From an uncultured Solirubrobacterales bacterium (GTDB lineage: Bacteria > Actinomycetota > Thermoleophilia > Solirubrobacterales > Solirubrobacteraceae): a DNA stretch of 64,000 bases. Position numbers and translations under genes: made by a program. Positions 1 through 8,500 of the stretch are shown here, in pieces; the stretch's first letter is position 1; each line of letters opens with the position of its first letter. The stretch lies in the NCBI GenBank assembly GCA_963844095.1, contig CAWJND010000003.1, positions 557,924 through 621,923 on the forward strand. Reading direction: 5' to 3'. The notes under the pieces were generated by a model. The model searched no databases. It had not been told where the DNA came from and saw only the letters and a list, made by a program, of their open reading frames with translations.

Positions 1-4
1 CCAT

Positions 5-1297
5 ATGACCGCCCTCAAGCCCGTCCCACGCACCAGCCTGATCACGCGCACAAATTGCCGTATCTGCGGCTGCACCAACCTCGCGCCGGTGCTCTCGCTC
101 GGCGATCAGCGGATCGCGGGCGCGTTCGCGGACCCGGGAGGCGCCCAGCCGGTCGAGCGGGCGATCCCGCTGGAGCTAGTGCGTTGCGACATGACCAGCG
201 ACCAGGAGGCGTGCGGCCTGATCCAAACAAAGCACACCGTTCCGGGCTCGATCTTGTACAGCTCCTACTGGTATCGCAGCGGCGTCAACCGCACGATGAC
301 CGACAACCTGCACGGAATCGCCAAAGGCGTGGAAGCGATCCTGCCACTGGAGTCAGGCGATCTGGTCGTGGACATCGGCTGTAACGATGGCACCCTGCTT
401 GACGGCTATGAGGCCAAGGGCTTGCGCCACCTCGGCTTCGACCCCTCCGACGTGGCTCGTTACGCGATCGCCAAGGGCTATGACGTCGTCAACGATTTCT
501 TCTCCGCGGAGGCCTTGAAGCGCCGCCGCCCAGACCAGAAGGCCAAGGCGATCACGAGCATCGCGATGTTCTACGACCTGGAGTACCCGCGCACGTTCGT
601 GGCAGGCGTTGCCGAGGCACTCGCCGAGGGCGGCGTCTGGGTGATCGAGCTGCACTACCTGCCGATGATGCTCGAGGCCAACGCCTTCGACGCGATCGTG
701 CACGAGCACTTGGAGTACTACTCGCTGGCCGTGATCGAGCGCTTGGTCGGCGAGGAGGGTCTGGAGGTCATCTCAGCCGAGCTCAACGACATGAACGGCG
801 GCTCGATCCGCTTGTTCATTGGGCATGCGGGCCAGCACGAGCGCACCCAGGCACAGCAGGAGGCATTGACCGCGCTGCGCGTCAAGGAGTTCGAGCTGGC
901 CTTGGATTCGCCTGAGCCTTACGAGGAGTTCCGTCTGGGTTCCGAGCGCGTCCGCGACGAGCTGCTCGAGCTATGCAAGAAGCTGCACGGCGAAGGCAAG
1001 AAGATCCACGTCTACGGCGCCTCGACGAAGGGCAACACGATCCTTCAGTACGCGGGCATCGACAGCAGTTTGGTCGAGGCGGCAGCCGACCGCAACCCGG
1101 ACAAGTGGGGCTCGGAGACGATCGCGACGAAAATCCCGATCATCAGCGAGGAGGACTCGCGGGGGATGAAGCCGGACTATTACCTGGCTCTGCCGTGGCA
1201 TTTTCTCGAGGAGTTCCTCGAGCGCGAGCAGGAGTTCCTGGGGCGCGGTGGCCAGTTCATCGTGCCGCTGCCGGAGGTTCGGCTGCTCGGCGCTTGA
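5..1297 (+). CDS. NDP-hexose C-methyltransferase (Zn-binding N-terminus, class I SAM domain, C-terminal domain)
   Basis: CRICG Zn motif, VVDIGCNDGTLL SAM motif, FDAIVHEHLEYYS, YGASTKGNT and ALPWHF motifs typical of sugar C3-methyltransferases. Confidence 0.9.
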   Translation: MTALKPVPRTSLITRTNCRICGCTNLAPVLSLGDQRIAGAFADPGGAQPVERAIPLELVRCDMTSDQEACGLIQTKHTVPGSILYSSYWYRSGVNRTMTDNLHGIAKGVEAILPLESGDLVVDIGCNDGTLLDGYEAKGLRHLGFDPSDVARYAIAKGYDVVNDFFSAEALKRRRPDQKAKAITSIAMFYDLEYPRTFVAGVAEALAEGGVWVIELHYLPMMLEANAFDAIVHEHLEYYSLAVIERLVGEEGLEVISAELNDMNGGSIRLFIGHAGQHERTQAQQEALTALRVKEFELALDSPEPYEEFRLGSERVRDELLELCKKLHGEGKKIHVYGASTKGNTILQYAGIDSSLVEAAADRNPDKWGSETIATKIPIISEEDSRGMKPDYYLALPWHFLEEFLEREQEFLGRGGQFIVPLPEVRLLGA

Positions 1298-1299
1298 TG

Positions 1300-1425
1300 A
1301 GGTGGCCGAGCTCCGGCGGCACCCTGAGGTGCAAGCGCCGTGAGCGCGTCGAGCAGAACGCGTCGCGCCTCGATGTAGATGGGATCGACGACGGCCGCTC
1401 CCAACGCCTCCTTAAGGTCGGTCAC
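1300..1425 (-). pseudogene. 5' remnant of a nucleotidyltransferase-like (AbiEii-type) partner gene
   Basis: GTG overlaps the stop of 1422-2558; MTDLKEALGAAVVDPIYIEARRVLLDALTAL resembles N-termini of actinobacterial nucleotidyltransferases; it runs into the methyltransferase 3' end after about 40 codons. Confidence 0.55.
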
Positions 1426-2558
1426 GCTGCACCTTTGGCAGCACGGAACTCCGTGACCGACGCGTACCGCCAGGAAGATTCGTTCTCGGTCATCCAGGAC
1501 AGCAACGCTTCTCCCTCAGCGGGCATACGACCAGTGCCCGTAAGGCAGTCAACGACTACTTGTGAGGGGGCTACGTACGTGACGCCTGAAATCTCGCTCG
1601 TGTGTTCATACACAACCGGATCGAACGGCTTCAACAGCACGACATTGCCGCCATCATCTGCGGGAAGCAACCCGAGCGAGTCCGCGACTCGCGACACGTC
1701 ATCGCAGTACGCGAGCAGCAGCGTTGCAGCAGCAACCGGCGCGAGACGACCAGCAGCGAATGAGCCTGTCACTGCGACTCGGCCGCCGCGTGTTTCGCTA
1801 GTCGCGAGCTGCGCCAGAGCTTGAGCGGCTCCCGCCGGAGAAAGGAACGTTGTGGGTTGGTTGTTCCGGAACACATCGTAGGACTCCGCCCACCAACGCA
1901 TAAGGCCTGGCACGTCAACGGAGTCGACCGCACCCCGCTGCGAGCGCTCGATAAGCGCCTGCCGGTCGAGCGCGTCGAGGAGACGCGAAACGTACCCCGC
2001 GGTCAGCTCGGCCGCGCTCGCAATGTCTCGCACGCCGTACGGAGGCCGAACATCAGCCAGGAGTCGCACGAGGCGAGCGGCCTTGGGACCGCGCACTCGC
2101 GCTCGTCCCTGCGGGGTCGGCTCTGGATTTCGCCGAGCTCCCGTCAACCTGACGTAAAGAGCCGGATTGTCGAGCTTGATTAGAGCGTTGCCCGTCAGGT
2201 CGATAAAGTTCATCCCCTCCGCCTCAAGAAGCTCCTGCGTCCGAGGACTGAGCCAAGGGGCGACCACGAGGACCGGCACGTTGTGCACGATTGTGCGCAG
2301 CACGCGCGCCAGTCCGCCAAGAAGTCGCTCGACGTCACGCGGCGCAAATGACTGCTTGGCCTCCACGGCGAGCGTCGTAAATGTCCCATTGGAGCCGCGA
2401 ACGTCGATGGCTCCATCGACCGGCTGCGGTTGACCGGTTCCAGGCGCAACACCGCGATTCGATGGCTCAACGGTCCACGCTTCGGGTATGCGCTTACGGA
2501 GCTCGAGAATCGCCGCCTCGAATAGGATTGTTTCCTCAGAAGCTGGGTTTGTGCTCAT
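1422..2558 (-). CDS. AbiEi-like (type IV TA antitoxin) regulator with N-terminal PD-(D/E)XK-like region and winged HTH
   Basis: VDGAID...LAVEAK motif, FIDLTGNA, HTH (GVRDIASAAELTAGYVSRLLDAL), C-terminal VAPSQVVVDCL..GRMPAEGEAL. Confidence 0.7.
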   Translation of the reverse strand: MSTNPASEETILFEAAILELRKRIPEAWTVEPSNRGVAPGTGQPQPVDGAIDVRGSNGTFTTLAVEAKQSFAPRDVERLLGGLARVLRTIVHNVPVLVVAPWLSPRTQELLEAEGMNFIDLTGNALIKLDNPALYVRLTGARRNPEPTPQGRARVRGPKAARLVRLLADVRPPYGVRDIASAAELTAGYVSRLLDALDRQALIERSQRGAVDSVDVPGLMRWWAESYDVFRNNQPTTFLSPAGAAQALAQLATSETRGGRVAVTGSFAAGRLAPVAAATLLLAYCDDVSRVADSLGLLPADDGGNVVLLKPFDPVVYEHTSEISGVTYVAPSQVVVDCLTGTGRMPAEGEALLSWMTENESSWRYASVTEFRAAKGAA

Positions 2559-2599
2559 AGCAAATTTACTCTAGCACGAAACGTTTCCTGTATAGAGAC

Positions 2600-2618
2600 G
2601 TTTACGTAGATCGTAAAC
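2600..2618. promoter_or_regulatory. Inverted repeat, putative autoregulatory operator upstream of the AbiEi-like gene
   Basis: GTTTACG-tagat-CGTAAAC in an AT-rich stretch about 40 bp upstream of the start. Confidence 0.5.
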
Positions 2619-2668
2619 AACGTGTTATGGGAAACATAATGTCACCGCCGGTGTTAGCCAGACTTGAA

Positions 2669-2848
2669 CGCGGGATGGCCCCGATTACTACTCAGCGCTT
2701 CCGTGGCCCTTCCTGGAGGAGGTTCATCGAGCGCGAGCAGGAGTTCCTGCAGGGGGGCGGGAAGTTCATCGTGCCGCTGCCGGAGGTTCGTGTCGTGGGC
2801 GCCTCATGAGGTGACCAAGCTCGGCCGTGAACGCGTCGAGCAGAATGC
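2669..2848 (+). repeat. Diverged duplicate of 1158-1361 (methyltransferase 3' end plus downstream DNA)
   Basis: With two single-base indels it reads GMAPDYYSALPWPFLEEFIEREQEFLQGGGKFIVPLPEVRVVGAS versus GMKPDYYLALPWHFLEEFLEREQEFLGRGGQFIVPLPEVRLLGA; similarity continues past the stop (TGAGGTG..CGTGA.CGCGTCGAGCAGAA). Confidence 0.9.
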
Positions 2849-2850
2849 TG

Positions 2851-3201
2851 TTAGAGGTGTGCGAGTGCGAGTGCGCGCCCAAGACCAGCATCGACCTGCG
2901 CCATCAACCAGTCCGGCAGCGTACTGATGCGGCCCTCAAGGGCGCCTCGGTCGATCGTGGCGATCTGTGTAACGTTGACGACCGAATCGGCTTCGATGTT
3001 GGCGACATCGGCTGGCACTGCGACATTGCCTGGGAGCGCGGCGAGTTGAGCATTGCTTGTAAGTACAACCACAGTGATGGTGCGTAGATTGGAGCGGTTG
3101 TACTGGTCGGCGCTGATGACCAATACAGGACGTCGCAGTGCGGGAGCAGAGCCCCTGGGCAAGCCGAGATCGGCCCACCACAACTCGCCCCGCATCATCA
3201 T
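2851..3201 (-). CDS. mazF: MazF/PemK family endoribonuclease toxin
   Basis: RGELWWADL...RRPVLVIS..YN...SVVNVTQIATIDR pattern. Confidence 0.92.
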   Translation of the reverse strand: MMMRGELWWADLGLPRGSAPALRRPVLVISADQYNRSNLRTITVVVLTSNAQLAALPGNVAVPADVANIEADSVVNVTQIATIDRGALEGRISTLPDWLMAQVDAGLGRALALAHL

Positions 3202-3203
3202 GT

Positions 3204-3431
3204 CTAGTCGCCAGTTGCCAAGGCCGCGGCAGCCGCATCGGTGAACCCATGATCACCTGGGAGTCCGGCGATTGCACGATTGATCGCCTCAGTGGTGCCA
3301 CCATCCTCTAGAGCGCCCAGCCAATTCTCCGCCGCCCGCGCGAAGAACTCGCTGCGTGACACGCCCAACCGTTTAGCGGCGCGATCCACGCGGCGAAAGG
3401 TGTCGTCCGGAAGCGAGATCGCCGTCTTCAT
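3204..3431 (-). CDS. Ribbon-helix-helix antitoxin (MazE-type)
   Basis: MKTAISLPDDTFRRVDRAAKRLGVSRSEFF; lies directly upstream of mazF; true start ATG 3431. Confidence 0.88.
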   Translation of the reverse strand: MKTAISLPDDTFRRVDRAAKRLGVSRSEFFARAAENWLGALEDGGTTEAINRAIAGLPGDHGFTDAAAAALATGD

Positions 3432-3438
3432 CCCGCAC

Positions 3439-3456
3439 AGTATAACTCGGTTATAC
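3439..3456 (-). promoter_or_regulatory. -10 box (TATACT) overlapped by palindromic operator; probable leaderless promoter
   Basis: GTATAAC-tcg-GTTATAC perfect inverted repeat; TATACT lies 7 nt before the ATG; no Shine-Dalgarno. Confidence 0.7.
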
Positions 3457-3575
3457 CCGCTTGCCAAATGCCTCGGATGCGCTGCATGATCTGATCGAAA
3501 ATGGCCCCGGCTCATGGTTCCGCCACTGATATCCAGCTCGGGGGGGGGCGTGTATTTGACGCTCTCGTCAGAGGA

Positions 3576-3727
3576 GATTCGCAAAGCGCTTGTGTGGCAT
3601 AGTGCCGCCTCGATCGCACCTCAAGGAAGAACAGCATGACTGCTCGCGAGCCAGCCCCCAGCATCACCACGGCCGCTCAGGGCAGCCCCGGCGTGGCTCC
3701 GCTAGAACGGCCGCAACGATGAGGATC
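3576..3727 (+). repeat. Diverged duplicate of 8354-8505 (promoter, 28-aa ORF and first three codons of the GT4 gene)
   Basis: GATTCGCAAAGCGCTTGT(GT)GGCATAGTGCCGCCTC ... ATGACTGCTCGC ... CGATGAGGATC present in both copies. Confidence 0.9.
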
Positions 3728-3777
3728 ACTTCGAAAGATCGCGGAGCGACGACAGCCCAAAGAGCGTTCGAAAGGGC

Positions 3778-4275
3778 TCAGGAAAGCTCGTCTACCAACT
3801 CGCCGGGACGCACATCCAGGCCGCGAGCGATGCGCAGGATCGTCGTTAGGCGAGGCTCGCGCGATCCGCGCTCCAGCCGACCAATAGCGGTCGGATGGAC
3901 ATCGGTCTTGTGCGCCAGGTCGTCTTGAGAGAGCCCGTGCTGTGCTCGGAGTTCGCGCAGGCGCCGGCCGAAGGCGATGCTTGCGGCATTCCGGTCCTCG
4001 TTGACCGCTCGGCGAACGCGGTCCTAAACGCTAGGCCGGAGTTGCCACTCATCGATCAGCATCGGTGGTGGCAACTGCGTAGCGAGATCAAGGTTGCCGG
4101 CGAGGGCCGCGTGCTCATTCGGGTTGTTCAGCGACAGAATCGTCGAGGCACGCTGCGTTGCCGTAGCCGTCTTGCCCACGCCCTTGGCCACCTCCAGAGC
4201 GACCGCCGCCAGGTGGGGAAAGACCTCGTCAAGGGTCTCATCGATGATCCGCCGCTTGTACGCCAGGGCCACCAA
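3778..4275 (-). pseudogene. Chimeric remnant: AAA_14/DUF4143 ATPase N-terminus joined in frame to a start-less Xre HTH domain
   Basis: YKRRIIDETL..ALEVAKGVGKTATA..LIDEWQ..SV*DRVRRAVNED, then FGRRLRELRAQHGLSQDDLAHKTDVHPTAIGRLERGSREPRLTTILRIARGLDV..LS* (stop 3778-3780). Confidence 0.75.
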
Positions 4276-4389
4276 ACTAACGGATGGGCGTGCTTCTATC
4301 TAACACTTGCCTATTCGCTAGAGGCTCACCGCGGCGCCGAGCGATAGCCCAGCTTCATACGTGGCCGGAACAGGTGGTCGGAGTCTCCG

Positions 4390-5541
4390 CTACCCACTCA
4401 TGGCGACAGTCCCGGCACTAAGTGAAGCAACCTGCTCAAGCATGCAAGGCGCAGCCGACGAACAACTGGGGTTGCTCTGCGCTCCCGGCGGAGGCGCTGA
4501 AAGAGCGTAGAGCGTATCACCGTCCTTTGCGAGACCGAGTACGAACCCGGATATTATTTCCGACTTCGGATGCACCGAGCCAGCGCGGTACCTGTAGAGA
4601 AGTGACCTGAATCGCGCATAACAGCCGAACCGTTGAAGCTCTGAGAAGAGTGCTCCCTGTCCAACCGCAATGGGCGCCTCAAAGCGTTCTAGTTCGATCC
4701 CACCGAACCCAACGCAAGCCTCAACAACATATCCCAACGCGGCACGTTTGCTAACCGCACTCGTGAGATCATCGACGCGCACTTCCCAGCCTCCGTCGCC
4801 AAACACGCCGGGACCTTCCACGCTCCAGAGGAAGGTGACGACCCGTCCGTCGAAATCAAGCGCCTGTACTTCGCCGTGAAACGGTTCTACACAAGTCCTG
4901 TCGCCGCAGTTCGTGAAAACCGCACCGTTAGGGAGGCTCCGCAAGGCATGGGGATGGCGTGGTGACCAGAGCAGGATCTGCGAGACATCGCCGTGTCCCG
5001 GTGTCTTGCGCGCAAAAGCCACCTCGCCACGCCACATCGAGGGCGTCGTGTCGGACGTATCAGAGGGATGAGGAACGGGAACCGACCGTTCGACACCGCT
5101 CTTGAGTTCAAGCATACGGAGTCGACATCCGGATCCGCTGCTGGGTATGAGCATCGCTCCGCCCGATCCGACTTCCCCCGATCCGACGGTGCTCATCTCT
5201 GGAGTCCGCGCGCAGCGCGAGAACAACGCGACCGGCGCGCCGCGTAAGTCGGTTCCAACGTTCACGTCAAACGGTTGTGCGCGAGAGGAGACGGGAAGCG
5301 TTGTGAGGGTGCCGTCGTGGTAGGCCTCTAGTCCCCAGCCACCTTTGACCCGGACGCTCCAAATGAGCCACCCGCCACCAGCCGAGATTGGGACATCGGC
5401 GCTGATCGGCGCGATCACGGTCGGCAAGTGTGTCGTAGCGGCGAACGACGCACTGGCGCAGGCTGTCACACCAACGAATGCGAACGCGAGGATGAAGCCA
5501 AATCTGCGAGCCCTAGCTCCGGCTCCATTATCCATGCGCAT
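4390..5541 (-). CDS. Secreted hypothetical protein, beta-rich, several Cys pairs
   Basis: Signal-peptide-like RARRFGFILAFAFVGVTACASASFAA; long open frame; start uncertain (5535/5541). Confidence 0.65.
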   Translation of the reverse strand: MRMDNGAGARARRFGFILAFAFVGVTACASASFAATTHLPTVIAPISADVPISAGGGWLIWSVRVKGGWGLEAYHDGTLTTLPVSSRAQPFDVNVGTDLRGAPVALFSRCARTPEMSTVGSGEVGSGGAMLIPSSGSGCRLRMLELKSGVERSVPVPHPSDTSDTTPSMWRGEVAFARKTPGHGDVSQILLWSPRHPHALRSLPNGAVFTNCGDRTCVEPFHGEVQALDFDGRVVTFLWSVEGPGVFGDGGWEVRVDDLTSAVSKRAALGYVVEACVGFGGIELERFEAPIAVGQGALFSELQRFGCYARFRSLLYRYRAGSVHPKSEIISGFVLGLAKDGDTLYALSAPPPGAQSNPSCSSAAPCMLEQVASLSAGTVAMSG

Positions 5542-5965
5542 TTCAACCCCGGACCGTGTGCAAAGTTGTGGAAGACCCAAGACTAACCTATCGTGAATGC
5601 ACTCGTGGGGGGCGGACACCGCAGAACTGGCCTGCGGGACTTCGAGCAAGCCGAATCTCCAATATTATGATGACTCGACTGATGGGTCATTCCGATCAAC
5701 ATGTCGGCTCGTCGGGGTGCTGGACGTGTCTCACTAGGTATGTCGAGTGACCTTGATAAACGTGCGATTGAGAACCCTTTGCCATGCAGGCACGAATGGA
5801 CCGGTTGCAAGTGCGACCGCTGAGCCGTATCGGCGGTAGACGAGGTGGTCATACCGCGAAGGCCGGCGGAAATCTGCTGGACAGTAGAACTGGGTCAAGC
5901 TGGTTGCACGGCTCGCCGTCTGCGTCGGCGGCGAGCCGTGAACCATCGCCAAAGGACCGTATCAG

Positions 5966-6514
5966 CTAACGATGGCGGGCCTCACATGCACTCAGCGACC
6001 GTGCAGCACGCGCGTGTCGAGTCCCCAGGTGTCTCGCGGCCAAGGCATCTACCAGGAGTTCCTCTACGTGGCATCCTCTCGATGCTGTTGCCGCCTCAGT
6101 TGAGGGGAGGTTGACCGTGACGACCGTCCCAAGTGCCGCGATGGAGAGGGGCGTCGGACTGAGAGTCTCTTCGAGCCAATCTTCCGAGATGGTCACGGCC
6201 AGGTAGCGCTCTGGTTCTAGGTGCCTCTTGCGAGGTACCGGTACATTCGCTTCAAACGTCGAACCACTGCTCAGCACGAATGGGAATGACGTGGACGTTG
6301 GAGCGGTCGGGGATACGGGTTCGTGAGTGAGGACGGCTCGCGCGCGCGCAAGCGAAACCGGTCCGCTGCTCTGGATCTGCATGGGGCCGGTGAGACCAGC
6401 GCTGGCCGCACGACGGATAGCCATCGTCATTGCTTCTACTTCTCCGACTTCAGCATGTGCAACGGCCGGCAACGCCAGCGCGACGAACGTTGAAATGAAA
6501 AATAGCTTCTTCAT
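5966..6514 (-). CDS. Secreted hypothetical protein
   Basis: AAGGAG Shine-Dalgarno, then MKKLFFISTFVALALPAVAHA signal peptide. Confidence 0.75.
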   Translation of the reverse strand: MKKLFFISTFVALALPAVAHAEVGEVEAMTMAIRRAASAGLTGPMQIQSSGPVSLARARAVLTHEPVSPTAPTSTSFPFVLSSGSTFEANVPVPRKRHLEPERYLAVTISEDWLEETLSPTPLSIAALGTVVTVNLPSTEAATASRGCHVEELLVDALAARHLGTRHARAARSLSACEARHR

Positions 6515-6525
6515 GTCTTTCTCCT

Positions 6526-6803
6526 TTAGACGTCGTTGCACGCGGCGACGGCATCGTTGCCGGGTCCTGCACCGGACCCGGTCAGGGCTTGGATACAAGT
6601 GTTTCCGTATTCGGCCCAGCTGTACGCGCCAGTCCAATTGTAGGCATTTTTCAAAGGCCATTCGATGCTGTAGTTCGTGTAAGCGGTCTCCTCGGCGCCT
6701 TCGTAGGTTGGCGGGTAGTAGTCGGAAGCCTCCATACCTGATTCCTCTTCGTACATCTCCGTTGACCATCCACCCCCATAAGAGGTGAATTCGCTCCACA
6801 CTC
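6526..6803 (-). pseudogene. 3' remnant of an acidic, aromatic-rich (probably secreted) protein cut by IS3
   Basis: RVWSEFTSYGGGWSTEMYEEE...AACNDV* begins at the IS end; its stop abuts the RBS of the next gene. Confidence 0.6.
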
Positions 6804-8116
6804 TGAGCCGGACTGGTTTTGAGGGAGACTGGTTCTGTTGGTTTTGTTGTTTATGTTGTGGGTGTGGTCGTTCTGGTTTTCTCAGCGTAGGGTTCTTCGA
6901 TCTCGTGGGGTGGCCGGTCGCCCAGGTTTTCGTGGAGGCGGCTGTCGTTGAACCGGCTGATGTACTCAACGATCGCGAGCTCCATCTGGCTTCGTGTTTG
7001 CCAGACCCGGTCGGTGATGAGCTCGGTCTTGAAGTTGTCGACGAGGCTCTCAGCCATCGAGTTGTCATTGGCATCGCTGGTACTTCCAACCGATGCGAGC
7101 ACGTCGTTATCGGCCAGGGTCTGGGTGTAGTCCCCAGACACGTATTGCGAGCCCCTGTCGGAATGATGCACGAGCCGGACTTCCTCGACCCGTTGTCGTG
7201 TGCTGAGTGCCATCCGTAGCGCGTCGAGCACCAGCGTGGTGCGCATATGGCTGGCGAACTGCCAGCCCACAATCTTGCGGCTATAGACATCGATCACGAA
7301 GCTGAAGAACACCAGCCCCTCCCAGCAGCGCAGATAACTGAAGTCGGCGACCCACAGCTGGTTCGGGTGCTCAGCGGTGAAATCACGATTCACCAAGTCC
7401 GGACGGCGGCGAGCCTCAGGGTCGGGTGTGGTGGTCCGCCACGGCTTGCCACGACGCTTGGCGCCTTGGATACCGTTGGCGCGCATCAGCCGCTGCACCT
7501 CTGGCAGCGCGGTGCGTGCTCCCCCGGCGCGTGTGAGGGCCTTCCAGGTCCTGCGGTAGCCGTAGGCACTGTAGTTCGCCTCGTGCACCTCACGGATTTT
7601 GGCGAGCAGCCTCTCGTCCTCGAGCCGGCGGGCTGAGCGCTCGCCCGTCTTGCGCTGGTAGTAGGCGGACGCCGACACGCCCAGAGTGCTGCAGATCGGC
7701 TCGACCCCGAAGCGCTCGCGATACTCCTCCACATATACGCGCTCACTTCGTTCGGTCTGGGTCGAGTTCCTTGGCAAAAAACACGCTCGCTGACTTCAAG
7801 ATCTCGTTCGCACGACGCAACTCGAAGTTCTCGCGGCGAAGCTTTTTGATCTCCTCCCGCTCCTCGCTCGTGAGGATCCCAGCGCGGCCGCCGCTGTCGG
7901 CCTCGGCCTGGCGCACACGCTTTCTAAGCGTCTCCGGATGGATCCCGAGATCAGCGGCGACATGAGCGATCGGACGCTCACTCTCAAGAGCAAGACGGAC
8001 ACGCCTCGCTCAAGCAACTCTCGTGGGTACTTCGTTCCTCTTGGCATCACAGAAGACTCCCTCTCCGCGCGGACGAAACCACGCACTGAAGCCCCCACCA
8101 AAGCCGGCCTGGCTCA
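6804..8116 (-). mobile_element. IS3 family insertion sequence, degenerate
   Basis: Terminal IRs TGAGCCGGACTGGTTTTG / TGAGCCAGGCCGGCTTTG; orfA from 8047 (frameshifted); orfB to 6851 with WVADFSY, HHSDRGSQY, DNSMAES; no target duplication (CTC vs AAA). Confidence 0.9.
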
Positions 8117-8161
8117 AAAAGCCCAATAGAGCACACCTAGCGGACGCTACGCCACTGGAGG

Positions 8162-8324
8162 GCGGGTCGGCTGCTCTGGCGAGTGCCAGCGTGTCTGCGC
8201 GGCGGGCCCTGATGGCATCGTCGTCCGCGTTGATCACTCCGAGCTTCAGCTCGCCGAGCGTCACCACCGACATGGCCAACTTCCCAAGCGGCCGTCCGCC
8301 CTCCCGACGGACGAACACCGACGT
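8162..8324 (-). pseudogene. VapC (PIN) toxin fragment
   Basis: TSVFV...AMSVVTLGELKLGV...RARRADTL; lacks the start, the first Asp and the C-terminal half. Confidence 0.7.
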
Positions 8325-8413
8325 GAATGCGGAGCGAATTGTCCCTCCGACCGGATTCGCAAAGCGCTTGTGGCATAGTGCCGCCTCTACTGCACTTCGC
8401 GGACGAGAACGGG

Positions 8414-8500
8414 ATGACTGCTCGCAAGCCCACCCTCAGCATTACCATGGCCGATCAGGGTAGCTTCCGTGTAATTCCCCTCGACAAGAAACAGCGATGA
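8414..8500 (+). CDS. 28-aa leader/small ORF translationally coupled to the GT4 gene
   Basis: MTARKPTLSITMADQGSFRVIPLDKKQR*; TGA overlaps ATG 8497; homolog of the same length at 3636-3722. Confidence 0.5.
   Translation: MTARKPTLSITMADQGSFRVIPLDKKQR

Noticed and set aside
3540-3548. G9 tract as a phase-variation switch
   Set aside because: Not inside a supported gene or between promoter elements
5780-5900. Possible HNH nuclease remnant (DHLVYRRYG / LQPVHSCLH across frames)
   Set aside because: Too short and frameshifted to support
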